Shown: positions 51,835-64,000 of the stretch, piece after piece
Position numbering within the stretch: position 1 is the stretch's first letter
Layout: each line of letters starts with the position of its first letter
Origin: Camelus dromedarius
Lineage: Eukaryota
NCBI RefSeq assembly: GCF_036321535.1
Contig: NC_087437.1
Location: 104,782,001-104,846,000 of the forward strand
Direction of reading: 5' to 3'
Length of the DNA stretch: 64,000 bases
The notes under the pieces: model-generated
The model's input: only the letters and a program-made list of their open reading frames with translations
Database searches by the model: none
What the model was told of the DNA's origin: nothing
Made by a program: the position numbers and the translations under genes

Positions 51835-52030
51835 AACAATAACTATCAACTGAGTACTTACTACATTTTCACTTAATCCTCAAAAATAGAATAGGTACTA
51901 TTACCTCATTTATAGAAACGAGGTCATTTAGATTCGAAGAGAAGTAACTTTCCAGTATCTCATGAGTTAAGAAAATAAAGATGGAACATAAATTCTAAAG
52001 TGAGAGCTGGTACCCCTTGAATCTCTTTAT
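51835..52030 (-). mobile_element. MIR fragment
   Basis: ttcacttaatcctcaaaa...taggtactattacctcatttatagaaacgagg. Confidence 0.55.
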
Positions 52031-53626
52031 ATCACATACAGCATGTGATAATTTTCATATGTAACTAACCACTGTGTTATAAAATGATCTGTTCATGCAG
52101 TTTCCGTAGGAAGTAAGTGTACTTTAAGATTTAGTTTTGCATGTTTAATTTTCAATTATATCCTATATTAATTTTCAAATAAATTGTATTTTATGTCATG
52201 CATCTCACCTCCATATTCTAATAAAACTGTCTCTTTTCCTTGGAGGTAGCTTTTAAAATTTCTTTTTTGTTCAAAGTGGATACATTATTTACTGGCATTT
52301 TTTAAAACAATGAATAAACAGTGCCATCTTCTGTTGATGTTTTATTCAACAATTGGGAAGAAAGAATTGAAAGATTGGTTTAATACATATCAGCAAAAAA
52401 AGAAGCAAATAATCTGAAGATTTTACAATCTTGGCATAATGTCCTACATCTTTGAACGCTTCCAAAGAGGCTAATTATGCGAGAGGCCTCTTGGGGTAAA
52501 GACATGTTTAAAACAGTTCTGTGTGATTAATTATCCAGAGCTTTTGAGTATCCATTCAAACAATGGAGGGAAGGGGAAGGATACAGAGCGAGACAAGTGA
52601 CAGTGAGAGAATCAGGCGGCAAATGTTTGTAGCAATTTCGTGTTAGTGCTGTCCTACAAATAAAAAAAGTAATTTTCAGGGTTTTTTTTTTTTATACATT
52701 AGTTAACTTCTACATTTATCCACATATGCTTGATTGTGGAAAATTCTCCAATGAATTATTCATCAGAAGAAATGGTAGAAAATAAGATTTAAAAAAAAAA
52801 AAAACCTTTTAAGGTTCAATGTGACCAAATACGTTTTATCTTCATGTGGTTCATAGATGTCAAATTTAAGGCAAGAGATGTAACTATCATAAGTAATGAT
52901 TAGTTTTTGATTTATCACTTGGCTAATAAAACATATTTTTAAACACCTTGATATTTATGAAAATGTATTTTCAAGTCCAACTTAATTTTCATCCATTACT
53001 CCCTTCTCAAAGGAGAAAAACAAACAAAATATTAAAAGAATTCTGTATCTCTAACTGTTGCCAGTTTGTGACCCAGGGCCATGACTTGAACACGTCGGCA
53101 GCTTTAGAAAATAACATTGATATCAACTTGACAGATGGAGTGATCTCTGATGGAAAAAAATTAATGCACAGTCAGGAAGTTAGGAATACCTACCCCAATA
53201 ATGCTGCCGTCAATGGCATGGAAGTAATGAATGCAAGTGAGGAAGAATCTCTGTGCTTTTAGATAAACTAATTATGATATTAATTACAATTGCAACCTTA
53301 ATTCTCCCTTGGGAAACTCCACGACATATTCAAAATTTCCAGGGATTAGCACGTGGATGCTATTGCAAGGGGCTCTATTTTTCTGCCTACCACAGGCAAG
53401 TTATAGCGCCATCAATGAAGGGTAGCAAAAAAGAGAGCCAAGCTTTCAAATGTACTGATTCTAAGGCCTTGGCTTGATATCTAGATAGAAATGTTTAGGA
53501 AGCAATAAGAAATTTAGATAAATTCATTGTTAGAGTTTTCTCCAAACTCTTGCCCATGTATAAATATTGCTGCAATGACATAAATGCCCAGCTTTTAAGG
53601 ACTAGCCATCTTTACTCTCTGGTCTA

Positions 53627-54514
53627 TGTGCATTAGATTTTTATCATTGCATAAAAATTTACCATAAAATTAGCACCTTAGAACAATAGCTATTTATTTA
53701 TTTATTTATTTATTTATTTAGGGAAAATTTTTAAACACTTTTTATTGAGTTATAGTCATTTTACAATGTTGTATCAAATTCCAGTGTAGAGCACAATTTT
53801 TCAGTTATACATGAACGTACATATATTCATTGTCAGTTTTTTTTTCGCTGTAAGCTACCACAAGATCTTTTATATATTCCCCTGTGCTGTACAGTATAAT
53901 CTTGTTTATCTATTCTGCATATGCCTGTCAGTATCTACAAATTTTAATAGCCATTTATTAGTTCATGGCCAGGTCAGAAGTCTAGCACTGTGAGGATTTG
54001 CTTTCTGCTCAAGGTGTCATGAGATTGAAATCAAAGAGTCAGCTAAACTGAATTCTCATTTGTAGGCTACATGGAAAAAAAAAAAGGACATTCAAAGTCA
54101 CTCCTGTTAGCAGAATACAGTCCCTTGCCAGTTATAGGACTGTGTTGTCCATTTCCACGCTTGCTGCGAACTGCGTGCTGCCCTCAGCTCCTAGAAGCCA
54201 CTCACAGCTCATGCCGTGTGGTCACCTTCATCTTCAAACCAGCAACAACGTCGAATCCTTCTTTTCTTTGCTTTCAGTCTTTGACTTCTCTTCTGCAGCC
54301 AGCAGCAGAAAATGCTACAACTTTAAAGGGCTATATGCTTAAGTCAGATTCACCTGCATAATCTTCTCTTACGGTTAACGTCGCCCTACAATATAGGTTA
54401 ATATAGATTAATCATGCAAGTACATTTCATCATAGTGAGTTTAAAGGATTATACAGATGTCTACACCAGAAGAGTGGACATCTCAGAGACCATCGTAGAA
54501 TTCTGCCTACCTCA
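53627..54514 (-). mobile_element. MaLR LTR (MLT1D/E-like) interrupted by a young L1 end
   Basis: ggtcagaagtctagca...ccctcagctcctagaagccactc...ttcatcttcaaaccagcaac...accatcgtagaattctgcctacctca. Confidence 0.85.
53699..53945 (-). mobile_element. Short 5'-truncated young L1 3' end with 14-bp TSD and (TAAA)n tail
   Basis: tttttattgagttatagtcattttacaatgttgtatcaaattccagtgtagagcac; flanks aatagctatttatt (53685-53698) and aatagccatttatt (53946-53959). Confidence 0.88.
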
Positions 54515-57500
54515 CTAATCGTTATTATTACTTCTGTCATCTTGTCCTATAGCTCTCTCTAAACTTTGCACCTGAAATCTTGATTTTCATCCCCACTTCG
54601 ATCCATGGCTTTCTCTCATAAGACAATATCAGTATCTTCCTTCCAACTCTATCAGCCACATCTGTGAGCAAGAAGTTCTCTTGCCTTCTGCTGTGTCCCC
54701 CCAAGAGTGCTTGGCCAACCCTCACTCTCTCTTCCCGGGCACAGAAAGATTGCACATTATAGTTAGAGTCTTGGGTTATAGCCCCAAGTTTGGTGTTGTT
54801 GGTACAGTGTTGTTGGAACCTATAATTAAAAAAAAAAAAAAGAATGAAAGAGAGCTGAGATTCTCTTTGGACCAAGTTAGAGAGAAAATGGTGAAAAAGT
54901 GGAAGGAGAGAAGGTAGGTTTAGAAGCAGAAGGATGAGGAAAGGGCAGGGGGAGAGAGGTAAAGGGAGGTAAGAGAGGCAGATACAACAATGTACTATCA
55001 TAAAAAAGGATTTTAAAAATTAAAATTGCTTAGAGAGTCTGCTACTCTGAAACAAAAAAATAAAATAAAAAAATCTGAACACACATCTGCTAGTGCGGTA
55101 ACGTACTGACACTCATTCATTCGAGAGCATATGGTCATGTTCTCAGAGTTACACTGCTTGGAGTGGGTAACTCAAGGAGGCATTTTTCTAAAGGTGACAG
55201 GGTGGGTGCGGCAGGGCAGAGGTGTTTGTTCTGAAAATGATGATAAATATCTGCACAAGTTATTTCGAGTTTTATGGAAAAGCAAGTCACACAGAGGCAA
55301 AATATGAAGATGGAAATGAGCAAACGAGTGACAGAGGGTGGAAAAAAATGAATGAACTAAGAGCCAGCTCTTGCTCCCTCATGACGGTAACTTGCTAAGA
55401 TGTGAGGGTTTTATTTCCTCCTTGGGAATCCGGACACCGTTTCCTTCCTTGATGAGAGGGCTTGTCAGAGTCAGGCTGGATAACAGTTTTAATTAGACAA
55501 AAAGGAGAAACAAAATCATAAATGCTGTGGAGAACACAGTTGCCGTCAGGTGTTCACGAATGGGAGACTTCCAGTTGTTCTCACTGCGTGCACGTGTAAT
55601 AGAATCACTCCAAACCAGGACAGAGGATACGTACACAAATGCCTTGACTGTGCAAATACAAATGATGGAAGTAATAACAGATAATTTTTAAAACGTTACT
55701 GATTTAGACTTTCATTTTGTTATTTAAATATTTAATTGTCTCAGTGACAGGAAGCTGACGGTGGATTCATAGCCATCCACTTAGCTTTAGTTATGAAAAG
55801 AATATGGTTATTTTACTCTGCAATTCCTGAACTGGAGAAGGGCAGGGGCAAGTAATGAGAAAATGGGGAGAACACAGGACTACGATGTCCAGCTGAAACA
55901 AAAGCAAAGCTTGTCTCCTGACAGCACCACGTTTTTGTGTCTCAGGTGCGCAGTGCCATGGCGCGGGTTATTTAATGAAATCGGGGAAGGAAGAGGGGCC
56001 TGGGTGGCTTCAACCTGAGAAAGCAGATAAGAGGCCATGATGAGAAGGAGAGATTTGATGATATGGGTCATAAACATGTTCATTACTGACCTCCCAGTTT
56101 GGAGAAATGTGCCTCAGTTTCCAGAGGGACTGAGTAAAGTGAAAGGCCAGCTCTTCAGAACAAGGAGGGTGTTATGACTCAGGCAGAAACCTCAGAAAGG
56201 CTGCCGTGAGACCCGCCTGGGACTGTTGGACAGGGATCCTCATCAGGGAAGGTCTGCAAAGCCCAGCATCAATTGCCCAAGGGAGCCTGAGAAGACAATT
56301 TATAACATTTCTGAAAAGGAAATTTCCAGAACCCTGGAAGAAGAACGTTCTCTTGTTTTAATAGTTTTTAATTAACTGCAAGTATCCACGAGTCCTTTCC
56401 GAGTGGAGTCAAAAAGGGTTGTTTGAGCAGAGATGTTATTTGGTTTGCAACCTCCTTGAGAGATTGCATTGCTCTCCTATTAGAATTACTTTTCTGGAAT
56501 GAAAGATCATTTTTTTGAAAAATCCCTGTGGGTATTTTTCCTCACTCACCAAGAAATGGCATTTGTTAGAGCTACAGGAACTTATTTTGTAGTGTTTATG
56601 TGCAGTCATGTATGTTAAAAAAATAGACATTAGTTGCTCTGTGAAGTGTGACTTGACCAAGCTTCGGGGTCTCATCTTTACATTTGCAACATTTTGAGCA
56701 GAGGAAAGAGACGAACGAAGTAAAACCAGTTATCTTGCCTCGTTACATATTACTCTGTAGCCCCTAAACCTGATTAACTTGCTGTCAACTGTATTGGTAG
56801 AAAGAAATGTTTCAAAAAGAGAAATCATGTAGACACTGATGGATGGGATAAAGAATACATGATCATATTGTTTCCAGTAAAGAAAACTTGTGGCTTTGGA
56901 TAGTACAGATATAAAAATTTTCTTTTACCTTTATTTCTCGCCAAGCACTACCCCATCAACCAAAAAGCAGAGCTTCTGCAGCAAGCTCTGGTGGCATACT
57001 GCCCTTCGAATAGTCCTCCTGTAGTACGTGAGTTGTGTATTTTAAAACTACAAACCAGGCTTGCTTATGATGCCTTTACATATGATGAAAACCTATGAAA
57101 GCAAATTGAAAAAAAAATTTGTTTTTCTCATCTTCTGAGGAAAATTAGCAGAACATTTAAAGCTTTTGTTTTATTTGTGAATCTCATCACACCATTCTGA
57201 TTGAGCACGTCTGTGAGGCTAAAATCATGGCCTCATGGGTAAAATCCTATGTTACCAATGAAAGAAAATTACAATTCTTTATTTATGAACTGATCCATTC
57301 TCACATGAACCCTACTGAGTATAGCACGAGTTTTTAAATTTATACATTTATAACACTTGCTTTATTCTTGATTTTAACATTTTCTACAGATTGCAAAAGT
57401 TCATAGCTTTCAAATCTTTAATAATGAAAGTGTTTTGAAATGCTGGCATTAGGTGTAGACAAACTTTTTGCCAGCGTGGGAAGTGCTGACATTTCTATAT

Positions 57501-57814
57501 AGTAAAATTAAAACATATGCACTTATAAAGTTTTTTAAGGAAAGAAATACGCATTCTGACATTTATGTCATCAAAAGTCACTTGCAATAAATTAGTCATC
57601 AGGTATTAGAGTAAGAAAAATAAAGTAGTTTTGCTTCAACCTGAGAAATAAAAAATAATTTACCAAGCATATTAAAAATTAAAAGCCACAATCATAAAAA
57701 ATAAATGGCTCTGACTTCACATTTCCAAAACTAAACATGCAATGAGGTCTACCTTGACGTTTTTAAGCTATTAAAATCAGTAACAAATATTTACTGGGCA
57801 CCCTGCTAGGCATC

Positions 57815-58260
57815 TGAGTTAATCTAAGTCCTCTTAGAAGCAGAAGTCAATATGAGACCAGTTGTGTAAAGGTTCTATTAGGAAAATAACTGTGAAAGAA
57901 AATAGAGACTCAAGGAAAGCTGGGGGAACCATCAGACCCCAAAGCAAGTCTGGTTCCAAGTGAAGAAGAGAGGAAGAGACAGTCTGACATGCAGTCTAAT
58001 GAATGTTTGGCAAATACGTCAAAGATTTTTTGAGTCAAGGTCAGCTGACAGTGGAATCTCACGTTTCTCAGGAAAGGGTCTACCTTTGTTTCCTTGTTTC
58101 ACTCAGTTATTAACAAGGACCACCTTGTGGAAGGAAATTCCTTGGCACACTTGCAGGAATGAATTTCAGAGCAAAGCAGCTGGGGCTTTGTGTCAGTTTT
58201 GCTTCTGTAGCAGGAGCTCTGAGAAACTCCTTCTTATTGGCCATCGGGAGAATATTCCAG
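57815..58260 (-). mobile_element. ERVL LTR, LTR16-like
   Basis: ctgtgaaagaaaatagag...gctgggggaaccatcagac...agtgaagaagagagg...atttcagagcaaagcagctggggc. Confidence 0.7.
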
Positions 58261-59109
58261 GCGTGAAACGGGAAAACAAATGAGTCAGCAACAGAATACG
58301 TTGCCTCTCTGCAGGAGCCTAGAATTGACTTTGAAGCCTGCTCTGATATTTCCCACTAAAAAATAAATAAATAAATACAAATCTTTCTTGAGCTTTTATT
58401 CCTACCCTATTCCCATTCGATTTCTCTGCTCACCTTCCAAAATGTACATCATACTTCAGTCTTTCAATGCCAGGAATTCCATCTTCCTCCTTGGGACTGT
58501 CAGTGAGAGCAGAGCATCTCCCAACTTCCATTATTCCCCCTGTTAATTCATACTTTTGGCGGTAGACATGATGCTACATAGCACAGGCGTTTGGGTGGGA
58601 AGAGGCTGTGAAGGAGAATTGGGGAACATGACAGAAGCACGTGTCCTCACGCTGCTGAATATCTAGCAGATCAGTGAGAGGAGTGGACAAAAGTTGGGAA
58701 GCATTAGAGTAGACAAGGAGTGACAGAATGGAAAAAGGTACTTATCAAGTATCAAGGAAAAGTCATAAGCAGACATTGAAACATCTGGGCTCTAATCCAC
58801 CTTGGCTATTTACTAGCTGTGTGATTGTGATCAAAAGCTAAACTAGTTAATACTTGTGTTAAATAGTCCAGAAAGTAATTGTGACCTAGAATGAACAAAT
58901 ATTTGTAAAATAAGAGGAAACTACAAGTGCTATGCAAATTAAACAAATGTATTATATAGTATCTTACAATAATAAGTATTTACACATATTATTATTAACT
59001 ACAAATTTATATTCCCACAAATGGTACAACTTACTTATTTGGTAAACAATGTAAATGTCTTGGGTAAACTCATTCACTCATATTTATTAGAGAAGTGCAA
59101 CTCTAACTT

Positions 59110-59590
59110 GAAATTGTTAGTTTATGTAAAAAGAGGTTTGTTTCAGGTATAGATAGATGCAGGATTAAAGTAACATTGTCACGACTCTGCCTCCTTTTCT
59201 CAGTTCATCTTAATATGATCTGCACTGCTTTTTTCATATTGGACTTTCTATTCCTGTTGCAGATAAACTTTCTGCACAACCAAGAAGGATGACTCCTGGA
59301 AATTTTACCCTATTTGTTTATAGCTTATGATGCAAAATGAAGACAGTATCCCCATCATTCCCAGCAGGAAAGTTCACAGGATGATTTTTATTGGTCTACC
59401 TGAGTCCTAGTGCCCATTTTTGCATCAGTGACTCTTCCCACAGGGAGGCAGTGTTATAATTGGCCTCACCTGGCTTAAATGCTCAACTTCGATGCCTCGC
59501 AGAACAAAGTACAAAGAATGACCATCTTGCAGGAACACAGATGAGATAAAGTCCAATTAACCAGTGAAAGAAGGCTGAGGAATTGATAGC
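59110..59590 (-). mobile_element. Old MaLR LTR (MLT1K/L-like) fragment
   Basis: ttcaggtatagatagatgcagga...ttattggtctacctgagtc...tgcccatt...catcagtgact...attggcctcacctgg. Confidence 0.55.
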
Positions 59591-61899
59591 TTAGTTTCAA
59601 TTGCTGAAAATGAAAAAAAAAAAAAAAAGCCACTTATGCTATTTATAGTGTTGGAATTAGAAGAGAATCGGAAATTTGGCTTGATAGAGCAAATTCTGAC
59701 AGTTTCAAACCTGCACGAGCACAGGGAATCTGGGAGAAAGGTGAAAGGAAAGGAAATTGGGAGGGTGTCGTGGCACAGGAAGGTGCACGTTGATATTGTG
59801 CCTCCAATTTTTGTACTAGTTGATATCTGATGTTTCCTTCCCTGAAAATGTCTCTATTAATTAAGGATGCTATAAAATTCATCCGGGTTTTCCCAGCTCA
59901 GACAAGTCCTACGTCTCCAGGCCAGGTGGTATACTTATCAAATTCCACTCTTATGTGGGAGGAAATAAAAAGGAACAAAGAAAAATCAAGAAGAAATACA
60001 GATGTACTCATGTTGAACCCCATATTCTATCACTATGCTGTGTCCTCTCTATTTTTTCCAAAACATTTTCTAAATCTGATATAATTCAAAGAGCATGGAT
60101 GTTTTCAATGCTTAGTTTTCTTGAAACATATAAATAAGCCAATAAAAATGAGTACCCAACTGCTTAAAAAATAGACCACTCTGAGTACTTTCTGAAGCAT
60201 GATGGCAGGTAGAACTTCTTCTTTTTGACCAATTCTTATACTTTTGTCCCTTCTTTTCCTTACATAGTCCAGTGTTCATTTCTATAGTGATGAATATATT
60301 ATATTCCTCAAAGCAGTTTTAACTCTAATCAAAGAAGTGGGAGTGTTCCAAGCAAGAAATTACAGTAAACCTTAAGTACATGTTGGTCTTTACAGCATGC
60401 TCACTCATCCATTCAGGGGACTAACTACTCATTTTGTTGTATTTTCCAAATTTTCCCTCTGAAGGCCACCGAATTACAATGATTTGACACACATTTCCTT
60501 TCTAATGTTCTCATTAACTTAGCTGGAAATGAAATACTTGTAGACCTTAGGATAAAGAGAGTCATGTATTTTAAATGTAAGTAATTATCAAAGTTTGAAA
60601 TAGAAATACTTCACCTTTTTAACCACTTCATTTACTGACTAATTACTAGGGAACTTGAGTAGTGTCAGACCACAGAGAAAAGCAGTATTTGTTAAAAGAT
60701 AAAAAAAAAAAAAAAGAAGAAAGAAAGAAAGAAATTTCTTTTCAGCTTTTAAAACTTTTTTTCCTGAGATTTTGAGTTTTTTTCTGGAAGAAGTAATGTT
60801 TAATGTTAGGGCAGAATGAACCAAAATCTTTATTCAGATTTACTGTCAAAGGCAACTTAATAAAGGGGAAAACACATTAAATGATTTTAATGAGATGCAC
60901 ACTGAGGAAGGGATGGATGAAGGAACCCATGGGTCAATGAGATAAAGCTTGCTGCTCCAGGGTCCCTACATTTGTTCTACCTGGGGCTGCTTGCACCCTC
61001 TGTCTCAATCAAATGGCAGGTTATTGAGACCCTCTCCAGACCCATTATCTCTGCATCGTGGGCCCAGCTCTCATTCTTCTCTGTAGGGGGACTGCAATCT
61101 CACTCTGCCCTGACTTTCAAGAGAGCACAAAGGACAGATGCTGGAGGCTGACACATGGAAGTCTGACAGTCCTTAACCCCTACTAATGTGTACTAAGGAA
61201 GGTCCCTGGGTTGAATTTTAAACTTCATTGAGCCACTGACATCAAAGCAAGTTAATCAATCATTATCATGTCTGGTGTAATTAGCATAGTAAGTATACAA
61301 AACTCACTTGTCTGTCCTATGTGTATTAAAAGTTAGGTATAATCCAAATTGTAGATAAAACCAAAATTTAAACTATCTTACAATTTGGTAATTCCTCAGA
61401 AGATATATTTTTATTGTAGTCTTCCAGGGCTAATAGAATAGCCACACAGAATGGTATATTTTGACCTGATTTTTAAGGAGGTAGACTGATTTTGAGCAAA
61501 TGTGGTGTCAGCTAATGAGAACAGAACATGCTTTAGCCATTATTTAGTATTTAATTAATCTTGCTGTATATCCAAATTAAGATAGGTAAAAGACAATGTT
61601 AACAATATTCAATAAAAAGGTTATAGTGGAGAATTGCTATTGGATATATAACTGTGCAAAGACAGTATTTATTACAGCCAATTGATACTCTGATTGGTGT
61701 TACATAGTTGCAGGATAGTCTTCACTCAATTTAAGTTATACTGTTATATACAGTAAAAAAAAATATTCCAGAAGACAGTTATATCAATATTTGTTACAAA
61801 TGATACATAAAATGAGAAGCATAAATAAGCTGACTGCACACAACTGTACCTTAGAAATCGTCATTATCATCCTCACCATTGTCACCAACAGCAGCAGCA

Positions 61900-62130
61900 C
61901 ATAACAGTCATGATGCCCGAGCTCACCGCGTACACTCACTGCATACACTACATACACACGCAACACACGTGTTTCATTAATATCATCAGTAACTCTTCGA
62001 CTTGTGTTTCATTAATTTCACTCTAAATATAAGAAAACAGGAATCGGAGGGATTAAGGAACTCACCTCAAGACACAGCTAGAAAATTCCAGGCACTAAGA
62101 TTTGACTATAGGTCTCTTTTATTCTAGAAT
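61900..62130 (-). mobile_element. MIR fragment
   Basis: aatataagaaaacaggaatcggagggattaaggaactcacctcaagacacagctag. Confidence 0.55.
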
Positions 62131-64000
62131 TCTTGTTATCGACCTCTACCAGCCATTCTACAGCTTCTCTTAGGAACTCACTTGACAATCAAGACATTCA
62201 CTTGATTTTACTGGCATTTTTATGTGACCCTGTTGTTTTCCTTGCTTGGACAGCCTTCAGTGGAAATGCTCTAACTCCTCGCTTCTACAGTCTACTGATT
62301 TTCTCAACTGTATATGAAATTTAGATTCTGAATTCCTCACTTAGGAATTAGGTCAATTTAGCTGAAACAGATAGCAGAGTCTTGGCACATGAGTTTTACT
62401 TTTTCTATTTTTTCAGAGTATTATTCTTGCCACAACATAAGTGGTTTTCATTCCTCACTTTATGCAAATCATCATCACCCAAATCCAACATATTGGAAGA
62501 CTTGAAAGTTAAATACTGCCTGAGACTTTGAGACATGAAAGTCAGTTAGGTTTGTCCTACAAAGAACCCATTCTCTAGGGGCCACGTCATTTCCAGATAA
62601 CTTAGATCCTGTTACTAAAATCTATGAACCGAAAGCGAGGGAAATCAGGAAATAGCTGGCTCAAGATGTACAAAGGGCAAATCTCATTAGAAGGATTTAC
62701 AGTCCAATTACATAAGTTCTAAGAGACTAGCCAAATTATTGAGGCTATTCATATTATTTTACTAGAGCAGGATGTCACTGTATTGGATAAAAGAATTATT
62801 AGCAAGACCTTGAAAGAACAGTTAGAGATCTTTGTTCTAATATGATTTGATTTGTTGGTAAAGTATTTCCTAAAGCCAGTAACAATTGTCATGGTTTATG
62901 ATAATGTTTTCTTTTTTTCCTTTAAATTCAAATCTTAAACTAGACTTTTGAATAAATACAAGTGGGATTAATACTAATGCACTTACTAAGTGAGGATAAC
63001 ATGCATTTTTATTTTTAATTGTTTTAACGATTCACATTCTATAAAGAAGTACAACTCTCCAGAATATTCTTTTACAACTAGATATTACTTTTCTGCATAA
63101 AGCATGAAATAATGAAGCACTCAAATGGTAACATTTTACTGCAAATCATCAACCAACTAAGCTCTTTTCATTGCTGTTCTGACTAAAACTTATATAAAGC
63201 AGAGAGTAAAACTGAGAAAGCAACATAGGAAAAAATCTTTACTTCAGAGATTACAAATACCATTTTTCATTTTAAACTTAAAACTTTCTCTTGCATTTGA
63301 GCTAACAGTCTTCCAGTTTAGCAAAAATAACGGGGGTGGAGGAATTGATGAGACAGGATAGTTAAATCTCTTAGCCTATGTAGACTTGTCTCTTGAGAAA
63401 TTAGAGCATATTATATATGGAAATGTTTGACTGTTAATTAGGACTGCTGCAGAGTTCTGAAATAAAGCCTAGATAAGGTGTCTGAAACTCCAGCTTCTAT
63501 TCTCAGTCAACTTTTGACTCACTATGCAAATTTTGGGATCCTCCTTAATGCTTTCTTATGCTTCTTTTCTCTAATTTCATCCACAAAGAAGAATTAGCTC
63601 TTTTGATTATATGCTTTTTTTTTTTTTAAAGTAGGAATGATAATCAGTTCATATGCACACTGATTCATTCATTCAAAAATGCTTTTAACTAAAAGCCCAT
63701 GAGAATCAGTTCCTTCTTCCAAGTGCTAATAGAGCATGTGAGTCAAGACTCCCTTCCAGGGAGGCTCAGGGGAGGCAGAGAGATAACCAACACATGAGTT
63801 AAAAAAATAAATAAATGCATATGATGTTTCTGCATTTTGTAGTAAGGTTGGATTGTAGCAAGACTGGAATAAATCAGGGCTTTGAAATAGAATGACTGGA
63901 AATTGTTGTATTCTTTTGTTAGGAAAGGTCTTTCTGAGAAATTGAAAATTGTGAAAAGACATGAATTTTAGAGGATTCAGCATGTCCTAAATAGAAGACA

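Noticed and set aside
54537..55001. Longest ORF in the window (154 aa)
   Set aside because: Low-complexity L/F/P-rich frame crossing a poly(A) run with a non-ATG start and no recognisable domain.
62462..62469. Octamer motif ATGCAAAT, recurring at several sites
   Set aside because: Expected at this frequency in AT-rich DNA and several copies are L1-derived; no snRNA-type or Ig promoter context seen.

Overview
This is AT-rich, CpG-poor eutherian non-coding DNA, either intergenic or deep intronic. I find no recognisable protein-coding gene, rRNA, tRNA or CRISPR array. The supplied ORFs are short, and most are either degenerate LINE-1 ORF2 pieces, LTR or L2 sequence, or chance frames. Much of the window is interspersed repeat recognised by eye from recalled consensus sequences: old and younger L1, L2, MIR, MaLR (MLT1), ERVL and ERV1 solo LTRs, hAT-Charlie MER3/MER33, and microsatellites. 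Cetartiodactyl-style L1 3' ends with no visible lineage-specific SINEs point to a camelid genome (inference). Best-supported structural observations: a twin-primed 5'-inverted L1 nested in an older L1 with a deletion; an out-of-order L1 ORF2 junction; two closely spaced same-orientation sister solo LTRs sharing a 75-aa frame; and a perfect 26-bp foldback within a CA/TG microsatellite. More speculative are several well-bounded candidate exons (notably a CpG-rich 57-nt minus-strand one) and repeat-free motif-dense blocks that may be enhancers. I see no convincing evidence of a new biological system. Subfamily names and most repeat boundaries are approximate because no search was run.
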